The notes: a model not told the origin generated them from the letters alone. A stretch of DNA of 64,000 bases from a bacterium (GCA_963674595.2 CAXXFV010000023.1:736001-800000), one strand, 5' to 3'; shown: positions 49,376 to 59,930, numbered from the stretch's first letter. Program-made: numbers and translations.

Positions 49376-50776
49376 ATGGCAGAGGTATCACGGAGAAAAT
49401 TTCTTCAGGCCGCGGCAGGTGCCGGGATTCTGGCCGGACACTCAGTCGCGGCAGAAACAAAAATACCCGGAGACGCCCGCCCTAATATCATAATAATTGT
49501 TTCAGACGACCATCGTTATAATGCCCTGGGGTGTATGGGTAATCCCGTAGTCAAAACACCTGTACTTGATGATCTGGCTGCAGGTGGAGTCCTTTTTCCC
49601 AATAACTGCTGCACTACTTCAATCTGCTGCTCCAGCCGGGCCAGTATCCTGACAGGAATGTATACATCCCGGCACAAAATTATTAAATTTGACGATGACC
49701 TGGATCCGGCACTATGGAGCCAGTCTTACCCGGTTCTCCTGCGCCAGGCCGGATACCATACCGGATTTACCGGAAAATTTGGAGTCGGGACCAACCTGCC
49801 TGCGGATTCTTTTGATTACTGGAAAGGAATCCCCGGACAGGGGAAATACTGGAATGAGGTCAACGGCCAGAAGCGTCACATTACTGATATTTTTACTGAA
49901 GATGCCCTCGGATTTTTCGATACCTGCCCTGCTGACCGCCCTTTCTGCCTCTCCATCAGCTTCAAAAGCGGGCATACCATGGATTATGATCCCCAGCCCT
50001 GGCAGCCAAAACCTGAATTCGAGCATCTGTACCGGGACGATGTTATCCCCGTACCGCCAACTGCAACCGAAGAGGCCTACCAGGCCCTGCCGGAATTCCT
50101 TAAAAATTCAGAGGGACGCAGCAGGTGGAAAAACCGGTTTATAACCCCAGAGCGTTACCAGGAAACAGTGAAGGATTATTATCGACTTCTGACCGGAATG
50201 GACAGTGCCATAGGAAAAATCCGCTCCAGGCTGGAAACAATCGGCAAGGCTGACAATACCATCATTGTCTACCAGGGAGACAATGGATTTTACATGGGGG
50301 AGAGAGGCCTGGCCGGAAAATGGTATGCCCATGAAGTATCAATGAAAACACCTTCGATTATTTTCGATCCGAGACTTCCCCGGGAACTACGGGGACGCAG
50401 GCCCCGGGAGATGAGCCTTAACCTGGACATCACTCCAACCATCCTGGACTGGGCCGGCATTCCGATACCCGGAAACGTACAGGGTATCAGCCTGCTTCCT
50501 CTCCTGGAAGGGAAATCGGATTTCCTCAGGGAAGACTGTTTTTATGAACACCCCTTTGAATATGACGGTAAAATCCCACAGAGTGAAGGAGTCCGGTCAA
50601 ATCCATGGAAATACATACGATGGATCAGCCAGGACCCGGTTTACGAAGAATTGTACGATCTCGAAAATGACCCGGATGAAATGACCAACCTGGCCGCAAA
50701 CAGCACTTACCAGCCTCAGTTGGAAAAAATGAGGGTCCGCTGGGCGGAGCTGAGGAAAGAGGTCAGGGGCACCTGA
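49376..50776 (+). CDS. S1 sulfatase with Tat signal
   Basis: SRRKFL, PNIIIIVSDDH, CCSSRASILTG, GDNG, GKW, ELYDLENDPDE. Confidence 0.9.
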   Translation: MAEVSRRKFLQAAAGAGILAGHSVAAETKIPGDARPNIIIIVSDDHRYNALGCMGNPVVKTPVLDDLAAGGVLFPNNCCTTSICCSSRASILTGMYTSRHKIIKFDDDLDPALWSQSYPVLLRQAGYHTGFTGKFGVGTNLPADSFDYWKGIPGQGKYWNEVNGQKRHITDIFTEDALGFFDTCPADRPFCLSISFKSGHTMDYDPQPWQPKPEFEHLYRDDVIPVPPTATEEAYQALPEFLKNSEGRSRWKNRFITPERYQETVKDYYRLLTGMDSAIGKIRSRLETIGKADNTIIVYQGDNGFYMGERGLAGKWYAHEVSMKTPSIIFDPRLPRELRGRRPREMSLNLDITPTILDWAGIPIPGNVQGISLLPLLEGKSDFLREDCFYEHPFEYDGKIPQSEGVRSNPWKYIRWISQDPVYEELYDLENDPDEMTNLAANSTYQPQLEKMRVRWAELRKEVRGT

Positions 50777-50784
50777 AATCGGAA

Positions 50785-51023
50785 ATTCAAGAATCAAGAT
50801 TCAAAATTCAAGAGGGAAATTCAAAATCGGCTACCCTGGTCGGACTTACATCCCTCCCCGGCGTTGCTGTTGCCTTGTTCCCCATGGTTCCGCTTGACTT
50901 CGCAAGGGATTCGGGGGACCTGAGGAATGCCTTTGGCGACGTTGATTCAACAACCTCACCAGGAAGAAATCTTGAATTTTCAATTTTGAATCGATCTTGA
51001 ATCTTGAATCTTGAATCTTGAAT
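50785..51023. repeat. Inverted pair of ATTCAAG/CTTGAAT heptamer arrays flanking a ~140-bp spacer
   Basis: About 4 ATTCAAG-type units at 50785-50812 and about 7 CTTGAAT-type units at 50971-51023, between convergent genes. Confidence 0.85.
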
Positions 51024-51664
51024 TACTTGCGCGAAGGCGCGCAAGTCCGGTCCACAAGCACCGCCCTGACCGGAGATCCGTCTCCGCCGGAAATTTTCAG
51101 GGGAAGCGCGATCAGCTCATATTCTCCATCCGGGACTTCCTCCAGAAAAAGGTTTTCGAGGACCACTATTCCGGCAGCCATTAATATGCGGTGGGTTTCC
51201 AGGGCAGCGCTGTCCGGAGGGTCTACTGAAGGAGTGTTGGTACCTACCAGCAGCACTCCAGCCTCAACCAGGAAACGAGCTGCATCCGGGCCGGGATAGG
51301 TGAAGGCTTCAGGAAAACTCCGAAGAGGGGCATCCTGTCCCGGGCAGCGGAAGATCACTCTCCTGGCCTTTTTTTCAGTTAAGATCCCAAGATTTTCCGG
51401 ATTTATCACCGGGCCATTAACTGTCATTACCAGGGCAGACCCGATTACAGCGGATAAATCGACCTGGTCAACAGTCAACCCGTTCTCAATAGTATGCCGC
51501 GGGGCGTCCAGATGGGTCCCTATATGCAGGGCTGTCCTGATATTACTCGAATTGCTTCCCTGCCCATCCTCAATGCGGCAGGACAGCTCCCGGTAAAACT
51601 CCCAGTCCCCGGGCCAGGCCGGCAATCCCTCCTGCAAGGTGTGCGATATGTCATATATCTTCAT
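51023..51664 (-). CDS. Cyclase family metallohydrolase (kynurenine formamidase KynB-like)
   Basis: WPGD, HIGTHLDAPRH, PSVDP, VVLENL, LPLKISGGDGSPVRAV. Confidence 0.87.
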   Translation of the reverse strand: MKIYDISHTLQEGLPAWPGDWEFYRELSCRIEDGQGSNSSNIRTALHIGTHLDAPRHTIENGLTVDQVDLSAVIGSALVMTVNGPVINPENLGILTEKKARRVIFRCPGQDAPLRSFPEAFTYPGPDAARFLVEAGVLLVGTNTPSVDPPDSAALETHRILMAAGIVVLENLFLEEVPDGEYELIALPLKISGGDGSPVRAVLVDRTCAPSRK

Positions 51665-51739
51665 AATTATTTCTTCCCTGGCGTCCCTGATCCCTTGTCA
51701 AACCATGCGAGAGCAACCTCCACCCCCTGGAATGAAGTG

Positions 51740-52459
51740 CTACCTTATTGTCAGCATTTCAGGCGGGAGATGCCCGGTACAGTTAAAGCTATGTAATACC
51801 GGCCCCCGTTCCTTTAAAACAAATTCTGTTACCGAGCAGTTCTTAAGTCTGAACGTAATTTCCATGGTCTGGAGATCATCAAGTTTAAGGAGTGTTCCTG
51901 TAATAAGGGATACAGGGGTTGCCGAAGTAAAAACCACAATATTACCTTTACTCCCCGCTCCGTCCAGGATCCTTTCCAGGGCTTTTATCACCCGGTTCCG
52001 GAGATGGGGAAGGCTTTCAATGCAGGAAGTACTGACCTTCCCGGAAACCCAGAACAGCATGGCCTGTTCAAAATATTCCTGGAATATAATGGCTTTTTCC
52101 CCGGGATCACCAGACGCGCGGTAGGATGTTATAAGCCTTTCCAGGTCAGGGTATTCGGTTCGAAAATCATTGAAATAGGCCATGATCCGGTCAGCGTCAA
52201 TCTCTGCCAGATCTTCCAGGATCACGGGATCCGGAAACGGGAGTCCGCTCTTACGAAAACTTTCCCCAACAATTTCAGCTGTCCCCTTCTGCCTTTTTAA
52301 AGGTCCGGAAAAAACCAGCCCAACTTCCAGCCCGCTCTCTTTCCACCATTCAGCAAGCAATTCCGCCTGCCTTTTTCCAAGATCCGAAAGCCTGTCGTAA
52401 TCATCAGTAAAAGCCGAAGCCTGCCCATGTCTCACCAAAATCAATCTGCTCATCGCCAT
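51740..52459 (-). CDS. Histidine phosphatase family protein
   Basis: LVRHGQAS...YDRLSDLG, SGPLKRQ, VFTS. Confidence 0.87.
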   Translation of the reverse strand: MAMSRLILVRHGQASAFTDDYDRLSDLGKRQAELLAEWWKESGLEVGLVFSGPLKRQKGTAEIVGESFRKSGLPFPDPVILEDLAEIDADRIMAYFNDFRTEYPDLERLITSYRASGDPGEKAIIFQEYFEQAMLFWVSGKVSTSCIESLPHLRNRVIKALERILDGAGSKGNIVVFTSATPVSLITGTLLKLDDLQTMEITFRLKNCSVTEFVLKERGPVLHSFNCTGHLPPEMLTIR

Positions 52460-52684
52460 TTTCTTTCTTTATTGAATCAACTCTCCACTTAATTCCTATA
52501 GCGAAAGAGTATACAGCGAAGCAGTTCTCCAGTGAACCCGGATATTTTGAATATGCATTTAACAAAAAAAGGCTTGCGCCTGCCGGGCAGTCTGGTTTAA
52601 TAATAAGCTCCTGAAGATTTTTTTCTTCTTCATCAAAAAAATAAAAAATGACCAGCTGATTGCTGGACAATTGGAGGCTTAATA

Positions 52685-53917
52685 ATGAAATTAGGGATTA
52701 TCGGTGCAGGATTCATTGCAAAGTTTCAAACCGTTGCCATTTCCCAGGTAAGAGGGTGGCAGATAGCCGGGATCTGCAGTCCGGAAGGGGCTGAAGAACT
52801 GGCTGCATTTGTAGAAACAAAGGGACTCGGGCCTGCATCCATCTACCCTTCTATCAGCGAAATGGCAAAAAATGTGGATGTCCTGGCCATTTTCTCCCCG
52901 AATTTCACCAGGATAGCTGTCATGGAAGAGATTAGAGACGCAGTGAAGGAAGGGTGCCAGCTCCAGGGAATCATCTGTGAAAAACCTTTAGGCAGGAATT
53001 ATGCCGAAGCAAAACGAATGGTCGAACTCCTGGAAGAGACCGGGGTTCCTGGAGCCTACTTTGAAAACCAGCTATTCATGAAACCCCTTGTTATCCAACT
53101 GGATCAGCTGGCCGGAGTCAGGAAAGCCATGGGCCCCTTATCACTGGTTCGTTCCGCTGAAGAACATGGAGGGCCTCATGGTTCCTGGTTCTGGAATCCG
53201 ATTCTGCAGGGTGGAGGAGTTTTAAACGACATGGGATGCCACAGCATCGCGGTGGGATGGTATGCACTCACCCCTACCGACAGGGAACTTACGTTCCTCA
53301 AACCTGAAAAAGTGTCGGCTGACATCGGGCTGCTTAAGTGGGGACGGCCTGAGTGGCGCAAAAAACTGCTGGACAGGTATGGTGTCGATTTTTTAAAAAC
53401 ACCGGCTGAAGACTTTGCCACAGGTATGATCACCTATCGAAACCCGGAGACCAACCAGCTTTCGAAAGCACAATTTACCAACTCCTGGATGTTTGAAAAA
53501 CAGGGGCTCAGGATTCTAATGGATGGAACCGGTCCGGGATACGCCTTTGAAATCAACACCCTGGTCTCCCCTCTGACCGTGTTTATCGGGGACGATGCCG
53601 CGGAAGCTATCGCGGACCAGGAAATGGCCCTGGAAAAAGCCACTTCCAGCCGCGGGCTGCTGGCGGTTCAACCCAATGAAGCTGACCTGTATGGATATAC
53701 TGATGAATTTGTCGATGCCCTGGCTTCTTTTGCCAAGGGGCAACCCGGAAAACTTCCATGGAGTTACGGCCTGGAGGTAATCCGCCTGGTAATGGCCTCA
53801 TATATGGCGGCTGAAAGGGGAAAAACGGTGGACCTTACAGACCCTGAAACCTGCCGGGAGCTGGAGAGCTATGTTCCCGCCATTGCCAGGGGACTGGGTG
53901 CTGATATTTTGTATTAA
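52685..53917 (+). CDS. Gfo/Idh/MocA family oxidoreductase
   Basis: GIIGAGFIA, ICEKPL, GGGVLNDMGCH. Confidence 0.88.
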   Translation: MKLGIIGAGFIAKFQTVAISQVRGWQIAGICSPEGAEELAAFVETKGLGPASIYPSISEMAKNVDVLAIFSPNFTRIAVMEEIRDAVKEGCQLQGIICEKPLGRNYAEAKRMVELLEETGVPGAYFENQLFMKPLVIQLDQLAGVRKAMGPLSLVRSAEEHGGPHGSWFWNPILQGGGVLNDMGCHSIAVGWYALTPTDRELTFLKPEKVSADIGLLKWGRPEWRKKLLDRYGVDFLKTPAEDFATGMITYRNPETNQLSKAQFTNSWMFEKQGLRILMDGTGPGYAFEINTLVSPLTVFIGDDAAEAIADQEMALEKATSSRGLLAVQPNEADLYGYTDEFVDALASFAKGQPGKLPWSYGLEVIRLVMASYMAAERGKTVDLTDPETCRELESYVPAIARGLGADILY

Positions 53918-54006
53918 CAGAAAATTTAAGGATTATTAAAATATTGATCATGGTTTCCGGGTTTTCCAGAAGAACGGACACCTTAAAACAAAAAAGGGGA
54001 ACATTT

Positions 54007-55347
54007 ATGCCTAAAAATATTGGCAGAAGACAGTTTATTCAGACCAGTGCCATGGCCGCGGCCGCTTCCGCTGCTGTGTCACCTGTTCTGGCACAGGAGC
54101 AGAAAAAAGCTCCGTCAGACCAGGTAGTTATGGGGTTCATCGGGACCGGCAGGATGGGGAATGGAAGCCTGAGGACTTTCTGTGATCATCCAGGTTTCAG
54201 AGTTGCCGCTGTATGCGATGTCTACCAGACCAACCTGGACAAGGCGCTTGGTGAACTTGACTCCAGGTCAATCAAGGCCGATTCCTACAAGGATTTCCGC
54301 AAGATCCTGGAACGTAAAGATATTGACGCTGTGAACATTTCTTCCCCAGACCACTGGCACCCCCTGATGGCAGTTATGGCCTGCCAGGCCGGCAAGGATG
54401 TTTACGTGGAGAAACCAATTTCCTTAACAGTCGCTGAAGGCCGGAAAATGGTTGAGGCAGCCAGGAAATATAAAAGAGTTGTTCAGGCTGGAACCCAGCA
54501 GCGTTCAGGAACGCATTTCCAGAAGGCAGTTAAGCTGGTTCGCGATGGGGAACTGGGCGCTATTACGGCAGTAAAAACCTGGAACCTTGGCAACGGCTTT
54601 CCTGAAGGCTGGGGCAATCCTCCGGATTCAGACCCTCCTGCCGATCTTGACTGGGATTTCTGGCTGGGACCGGCACCCAAAGTACCCTTCAATAAAAACC
54701 GGTTCGGAGTTGCCCCCGACAGGTGGTCCACATTCCGGTATTTCTGGGATTACGCCGGCGGAATGATGACCGACTGGGGCGTTCACCTTATTGATATTGT
54801 GCAGTGGGCTATGCAGGTCAAGGCACCGGACACCGTCTACGCCACCGGGGGCAAATACCAGATAAAAGACAACCGGGACACACCAGACACCCTGATGGTT
54901 TCCTACCAGTACCCCGGATGGATTCTTACCTATGAAAACCGCGATTGTAACGCTAATCCCATCAATGGTCACGGTTACGGAATCGAATTCTACGGAACCA
55001 ACGGCACCATGTTCCTGGACCGTTCCGGTTACGAAATTATTCCGGAAACAGACCGGGACGGAGACAGGTCTATTCCGAGGATGTATTCAATGCAGGGCGT
55101 CAATGTGAATAATTCCAGTTATGATCACGCTGATAATTTCTATAACTGCATAAAGTCCAGGAAAAAACCTATTTCTGACATCGAGGAAGGCCACACTTCC
55201 ACGGCAGCCTGCCTGCTGGCCAATGTTTCCTACCGTACCGGGACCAAGCTGGTGTACGACGGCGCAACCGAAACCATTAAAAATAATCCGGAAGCCTCAA
55301 AACTCCTGGATAAGGAATACCGGGCTCCCTGGAAACTGGAAGTCTAG
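54007..55347 (+). CDS. Gfo/Idh/MocA family oxidoreductase with Tat signal
   Basis: GRRQFI, PDHWH, DVYVEKP, GTQQRS, DWGVH, YRAPW; start at ATG 54007. Confidence 0.9.
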   Translation: MPKNIGRRQFIQTSAMAAAASAAVSPVLAQEQKKAPSDQVVMGFIGTGRMGNGSLRTFCDHPGFRVAAVCDVYQTNLDKALGELDSRSIKADSYKDFRKILERKDIDAVNISSPDHWHPLMAVMACQAGKDVYVEKPISLTVAEGRKMVEAARKYKRVVQAGTQQRSGTHFQKAVKLVRDGELGAITAVKTWNLGNGFPEGWGNPPDSDPPADLDWDFWLGPAPKVPFNKNRFGVAPDRWSTFRYFWDYAGGMMTDWGVHLIDIVQWAMQVKAPDTVYATGGKYQIKDNRDTPDTLMVSYQYPGWILTYENRDCNANPINGHGYGIEFYGTNGTMFLDRSGYEIIPETDRDGDRSIPRMYSMQGVNVNNSSYDHADNFYNCIKSRKKPISDIEEGHTSTAACLLANVSYRTGTKLVYDGATETIKNNPEASKLLDKEYRAPWKLEV

Positions 55348-55350
55348 CAA

Positions 55351-55579
55351 TTGACGATTGACGATTGACGATTTGGGATAAAGTCCTAAGTTCGAAAAAA
55401 AGCGGGCCTCCAGGCCCGCTTTTTAATTCAAGATCAAGATTTAAAATTCAAAATTTGAAATTCAAGGTGGCAGGCCCCCAAGCCATAGTCCATACCGTCC
55501 ACAAGGTCCATATCGTCCACAAAATCCCAACTTTGAACCTTGAACACCGCCCAGTGGGGCGCCAACCTTGAATCTTGAA
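55351..55579. repeat. Composite intergenic repeat block: (TTGACGA)3, ATTCAAG-type array, (GTCCAYNNN)4, CTTGAA-type copies
   Basis: Blocks at 55351-55371, 55426-55466, 55488-55523 and 55531-55579. Confidence 0.8.
55395..55424. terminator. Bidirectional intrinsic terminator
   Basis: aaaaaaagcgggcct-cc-aggcccgcttttt between convergent genes. Confidence 0.85.
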
Positions 55580-55604
55580 GTGATTTCGGGCTGCAAGCCC
55601 GAAA

Positions 55605-56951
55605 TCACTTCCCCATCAGTTCCAGCACCGCGGCGGACACCAGGCGAACCCCGGTACGGAGTGTCGGCTCCGGATCAGGAGCCAGCATCGGCGAATGCAG
55701 GGGCGGCGGAATCTGCCCTGCCCTGGCCATTTCCGCAGCCCTGTCACTATTGAGGGATCCGAGCCAGAACAGGAATGAAGGAACCTGGTTATCTTCCAGC
55801 CTGTACCTGGAAAAATCCTCCCCCGGCATGACCGGGTCCAGAACAACTACCTTATCAACCCCAATTTCACGGCGAAAAACGTCACTGATTCGTCCTGATA
55901 ATGCGGGATCATTGTAAACCGCGGGGGTATAGACCTCATTCTCCGGCATGGAAACCACCGGAAGCAGCTCCTCCGGCAGCCCATAGGACAGCGCCGCATA
56001 ACGGCAGATAGTCTTGATCGAATCCAGTACCTGTTCACGTACTTCAGATTTGTAGGTCCTGACCGTCAGCTGGAGATTGACATGGTCCGGAATAATGTTG
56101 TGCTTGGTCCCTCCATGGATTGATCCGACTGTAACCACGACCGGGTCGAGGGGAGAAACAATCCGGCTGGAGATAGTCTGCAGTTCCAAAATTATCTGTG
56201 ATGCCAGGACAATGGGATCCTTGGTTTTTTGAGGAAGAGCTCCGTGACCGCCGATACCCCGGACCAGGATATCAACGGAATCCACGTTTGCCATCGCGTA
56301 TTCCGGGGTGAATCCAACGCTTCCGGCAGGAAGGGAATCATGCACGTGAAGGGCCAGGGCATAATCAGGCCTGGGAAACTTCTCGTAAAGGCCTCCCTTC
56401 AGCATGGCCAACGCCCCGCTGCCCATCTCTTCGGCAGGCTGGCCGATCATCATCAGGGTTCCGCTCCAAAGATCCCGGTTCTCGGCCAGGGTTTGGCCGA
56501 CTGCCATAAAATTCGTCATGTGGATATCGTGTCCGCAGGCATGCATGACACCGGTTTCTGACCCGCTGTCATCAGCAAAAATTACCGTACTGGCATAGGA
56601 TAGTCCTGTTTGTTCAGTGACAGGTAGCGCATCCATGTCAGTCCTGACCAAAACCACCGGACCTTCTCCATTTTTCAGGATCGCCACAACTCCATAGGCA
56701 GTTAATCCCTCGACCCCATAGTCCCCAAACCTTTCGGTTACTGCAAAGCCGGCATCTCTCATTTGCTGAGCCAGGAAAGACGAGGAGTCCTTTTCATGAT
56801 AGGAGAGCTCCGGATTGGCATGCAGGTGCTGGTATATTTCAAGCCAGTTTTCCATATGCCTGTTTATCGTATTCATTATCGTCACATTATCCTCCGCTGA
56901 AACAGGAATCATGAATAACACCAATATAACAACCATTATTTTATATTTCAT
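55605..56951 (-). CDS. M20D family amidohydrolase with signal peptide
   Basis: LHANPELS, RTDMDALP, MHACGHD, QPAEE, GSIHGGTKHNIIP, GEDFS. Confidence 0.9.
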   Translation of the reverse strand: MKYKIMVVILVLFMIPVSAEDNVTIMNTINRHMENWLEIYQHLHANPELSYHEKDSSSFLAQQMRDAGFAVTERFGDYGVEGLTAYGVVAILKNGEGPVVLVRTDMDALPVTEQTGLSYASTVIFADDSGSETGVMHACGHDIHMTNFMAVGQTLAENRDLWSGTLMMIGQPAEEMGSGALAMLKGGLYEKFPRPDYALALHVHDSLPAGSVGFTPEYAMANVDSVDILVRGIGGHGALPQKTKDPIVLASQIILELQTISSRIVSPLDPVVVTVGSIHGGTKHNIIPDHVNLQLTVRTYKSEVREQVLDSIKTICRYAALSYGLPEELLPVVSMPENEVYTPAVYNDPALSGRISDVFRREIGVDKVVVLDPVMPGEDFSRYRLEDNQVPSFLFWLGSLNSDRAAEMARAGQIPPPLHSPMLAPDPEPTLRTGVRLVSAAVLELMGK

Positions 56952-57046
56952 GTCGCCTCTTTAGAAAAAACATAAGTAATAGTCCGGCCATTTCACCTCC
57001 AGGGAAAAAGACAGGTACAAATTCAGTCGAATAATTTTGCTCCGGT

Positions 57047-58165
57047 TCAGACAATGAATTCAGCCACTGAAACCGGACAGCTGCCATTAGCCGCGGAAGC
57101 TTCAGCCGCCCAGATTACAGCTTCAGAGTGTCTCACCAGGCTTGATTCCAGTCCCAGGAGCGGGTCCTTTTCTCCCTTCAGCACATGCCCTATGAAGGCC
57201 CTGACTGTCCTGCCGCATTGATGTTCCCAAACATCCCCGCTGTCGAGATGATGCAGGGCAAAATCAGGATCCGGAGAATACAACCTTCCCCTCGGCACAG
57301 ATGACCAGCAGACCCTGCTTTCCAGGGGATTAAAGGGGCTGTAGTCAAACTGCCCTCCAGTCCCGATAACGGTGTGCCTGGCGTCATATTTTTCAGCAAA
57401 ATCAATATTACCCTGCACTACCGCGGTAACATTATTTTCAAAAATAATAATTATGTCCATCTGGGTATCATAATCAAATGCCCGGATACGGGGAGGACTG
57501 CTTTTGCATATTACCTTTTCCGGAACCGTTCCCACCTGGAACACGGCAGTGGAAACAGCATGGCATATTCCCATGGGAACAGCGCCGCCGCTGAGGGAAC
57601 GGGACAGTTTCCATACCTGTTCAGCAGACTGGGAAACCTGGATAGGATGGCGGTAGGTGAAATGCACAGAAGCAAGTTCCCCGAAAGCTCCTTCCTCAAT
57701 AAGTGACCGGAGATTCTCCTGCTCGTCATAATGGACCAGTATGTAGTCCAGTTTCGTGGTAAGGCCGCAGTTTTTTACGGTTTCACAGAGCCGGCGGGAA
57801 TCCTCCCGGGTAGTGGCAAAAGGTTTTTCAAGGAACAGGTGTTTCCCGGCTTCCAGGGCCCTGACCGCGAATTCAGCGTGCAGGTGGTTGGGGACGGCTA
57901 AAATAACCGCGTCGACGTCTCCATTCCTGAGCAAATCTTCATAAGAATCAAAGCAAACCGCGCTGCCCAGGCCGAGTTCCTCGCGGCGGCTATCCATAAC
58001 CTTGCGGTTCAGGTCACAGAGCGCGCTGACCTGTGAAACTTTACTTTTCCGTCCCCTGCCGGTTTCCCGATCAAATCCCCCATCATCATATTCAACGCCA
58101 GCGGCGAGGGCTCCCGCCATCCAGCCTGAGGCCCCTACAATTCCAACCTTAACTTTTTCTGTCAT
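57047..58165 (-). CDS. Gfo/Idh/MocA family oxidoreductase
   Basis: VGIVGASG, AVPNHLH, HLFLEKP. Confidence 0.85.
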   Translation of the reverse strand: MTEKVKVGIVGASGWMAGALAAGVEYDDGGFDRETGRGRKSKVSQVSALCDLNRKVMDSRREELGLGSAVCFDSYEDLLRNGDVDAVILAVPNHLHAEFAVRALEAGKHLFLEKPFATTREDSRRLCETVKNCGLTTKLDYILVHYDEQENLRSLIEEGAFGELASVHFTYRHPIQVSQSAEQVWKLSRSLSGGAVPMGICHAVSTAVFQVGTVPEKVICKSSPPRIRAFDYDTQMDIIIIFENNVTAVVQGNIDFAEKYDARHTVIGTGGQFDYSPFNPLESRVCWSSVPRGRLYSPDPDFALHHLDSGDVWEHQCGRTVRAFIGHVLKGEKDPLLGLESSLVRHSEAVIWAAEASAANGSCPVSVAEFIV

Positions 58166-58436
58166 TCATTCACCTGGACAATCATTAGATTCAGTTATTT
58201 CTGATGATATATACTGGTCAGACTTTATCAGCTATTATTCTACCTTCTAACACCCTCCTTACCAAGCCGAAATTCTATCCCTTTCCCCGTCTTGCTGTTG
58301 TATCAGAAAATGCCTCGTTCCGCTGTCAACCTTAAAAGGGGCAGCATCAGGATGGCCGGCGATAACTGGTTCCTGGATTCAAAGTAACCGCGCCACCCAA
58401 CATTGTCCGGTTGATTTAGTTACAATTAAAAGAATT

Positions 58437-59930
58437 ATGAAAAATAAGACTTTTCGGGAATTAAAAAAAACAGCCGCTATTGTCTGTTTTTTATTACTCC
58501 TGCCGGCATGCTCTGAACCTGTGGAACAGGCTGAAAAACAACTGGTTCCTGAACATCCCAATATACTGCTGATAATCTCGGATGACCAGGGATACGCTGA
58601 TATCGGAGTTGCGGGACAGGCTTCTGATGTTCACACTCCCAATATTGACCGAATCGCGGAAGCCGGAATCCGCTTCACCCAGGGATACGCGACATCCCCC
58701 ATCTGCAACGCTTCCCGGGCAGGCCTGATGACTGGAGTTTACCAGCAGCGATTCGGCACCTACTGGTATGGGGGAAAAGGGATTCACGATGGACATTTCC
58801 CCACAATAGCCGAAGTGCTGAATGGAGCCGGGTACTCCACTGGTTATGTAGGCAAATTCCATTACGGCGATCCTTTGCTGCAGGGTCCTGAAAACCGGAA
58901 TTTCCCGTTAAATCATGGTTTCGATTTCTTCTTCGGAAATGGTACTCCCCGCAAGCATTACCTCGTCCATAACAGCCAGGCTGAAGAGGACTTCCAGAAG
59001 GTAAAGCAAAGGTTCCATAAAACAGGGCAAAGCCTGCAGCAGGGTCCTATGTGGGTAAACGATAAACAGGCGGATGTAGACGGTTTCAGCACAGAAATCT
59101 ACGCGGCACAGGCCAGTCAGTTCATCATGAGCCATTTAAAAGAACCTTTTTTCCTGACCCTCTCCTTTAATGCTGTTCATAATTTTACTCATCAGCTTCC
59201 GCGTGAATATATGGAGGCGAACGGGCTGAAAGGCTACCATGACTGGGATCCGGCAAAGGAGGATTACTATGAATGGTATCAGCAGGGAAGATTTCCTAAT
59301 AATCCGGAAGGGAGAGCCCACTACCTGGGACAGCTCTACTACCTGGACCGGGAAATCGGAAAAGTACTGGACCTGCTGAAACAGCAGGGACTCTATGAAA
59401 ACACCATTATTGTCTACATCAGCGACAATGGCGGCTCTACACCCATATATGCCGACAATTCTCCACTGAGAGGAAGTAAATATACCCTTTATGAAGGAGG
59501 CATCCGGGTCCCCTTCCTTATATCCTGGCCGGGGCGCCTTCCGGAAAATCTCACCAATGACAGGGTAGTAAGCGCTTTGGATATTTTTCCCACCTTGTGC
59601 AGCCTGGCCGGAACAGAGATCCCGTCGAACCTGGATGGCCTTGACCTGTCAGATATGCTTTCAGGTGCAGACCCTGGGCTTGAGCATTCTCTCCTGGTCT
59701 GGGACACCGGGCATGAAACAGCGGTCAGGCAGGGGGATTGGAAACTAAAAACAGCAACGGATAACAGCAGCGCCAAGTACGAAATGGTGGAGGTTGAACT
59801 GGGCGAATTCCTGTATAACCTGGCCGACGATCCCGGAGAAAAAGTCGACCTCGCCGGAAAACATCCTGAAGTTTTAAATCAGCTGAAACAGGTTTACCTG
59901 GAATGGAAGCAACGGACAGAAAACAAATAA
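58437..59930 (+). CDS. S1 sulfatase, lipoprotein
   Basis: Lipobox LPAC, PNILLIISDDQG, CNASRAGLMTG, SDNGG, YEGGIRVP. Confidence 0.9.
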   Translation: MKNKTFRELKKTAAIVCFLLLLPACSEPVEQAEKQLVPEHPNILLIISDDQGYADIGVAGQASDVHTPNIDRIAEAGIRFTQGYATSPICNASRAGLMTGVYQQRFGTYWYGGKGIHDGHFPTIAEVLNGAGYSTGYVGKFHYGDPLLQGPENRNFPLNHGFDFFFGNGTPRKHYLVHNSQAEEDFQKVKQRFHKTGQSLQQGPMWVNDKQADVDGFSTEIYAAQASQFIMSHLKEPFFLTLSFNAVHNFTHQLPREYMEANGLKGYHDWDPAKEDYYEWYQQGRFPNNPEGRAHYLGQLYYLDREIGKVLDLLKQQGLYENTIIVYISDNGGSTPIYADNSPLRGSKYTLYEGGIRVPFLISWPGRLPENLTNDRVVSALDIFPTLCSLAGTEIPSNLDGLDLSDMLSGADPGLEHSLLVWDTGHETAVRQGDWKLKTATDNSSAKYEMVEVELGEFLYNLADDPGEKVDLAGKHPEVLNQLKQVYLEWKQRTENK

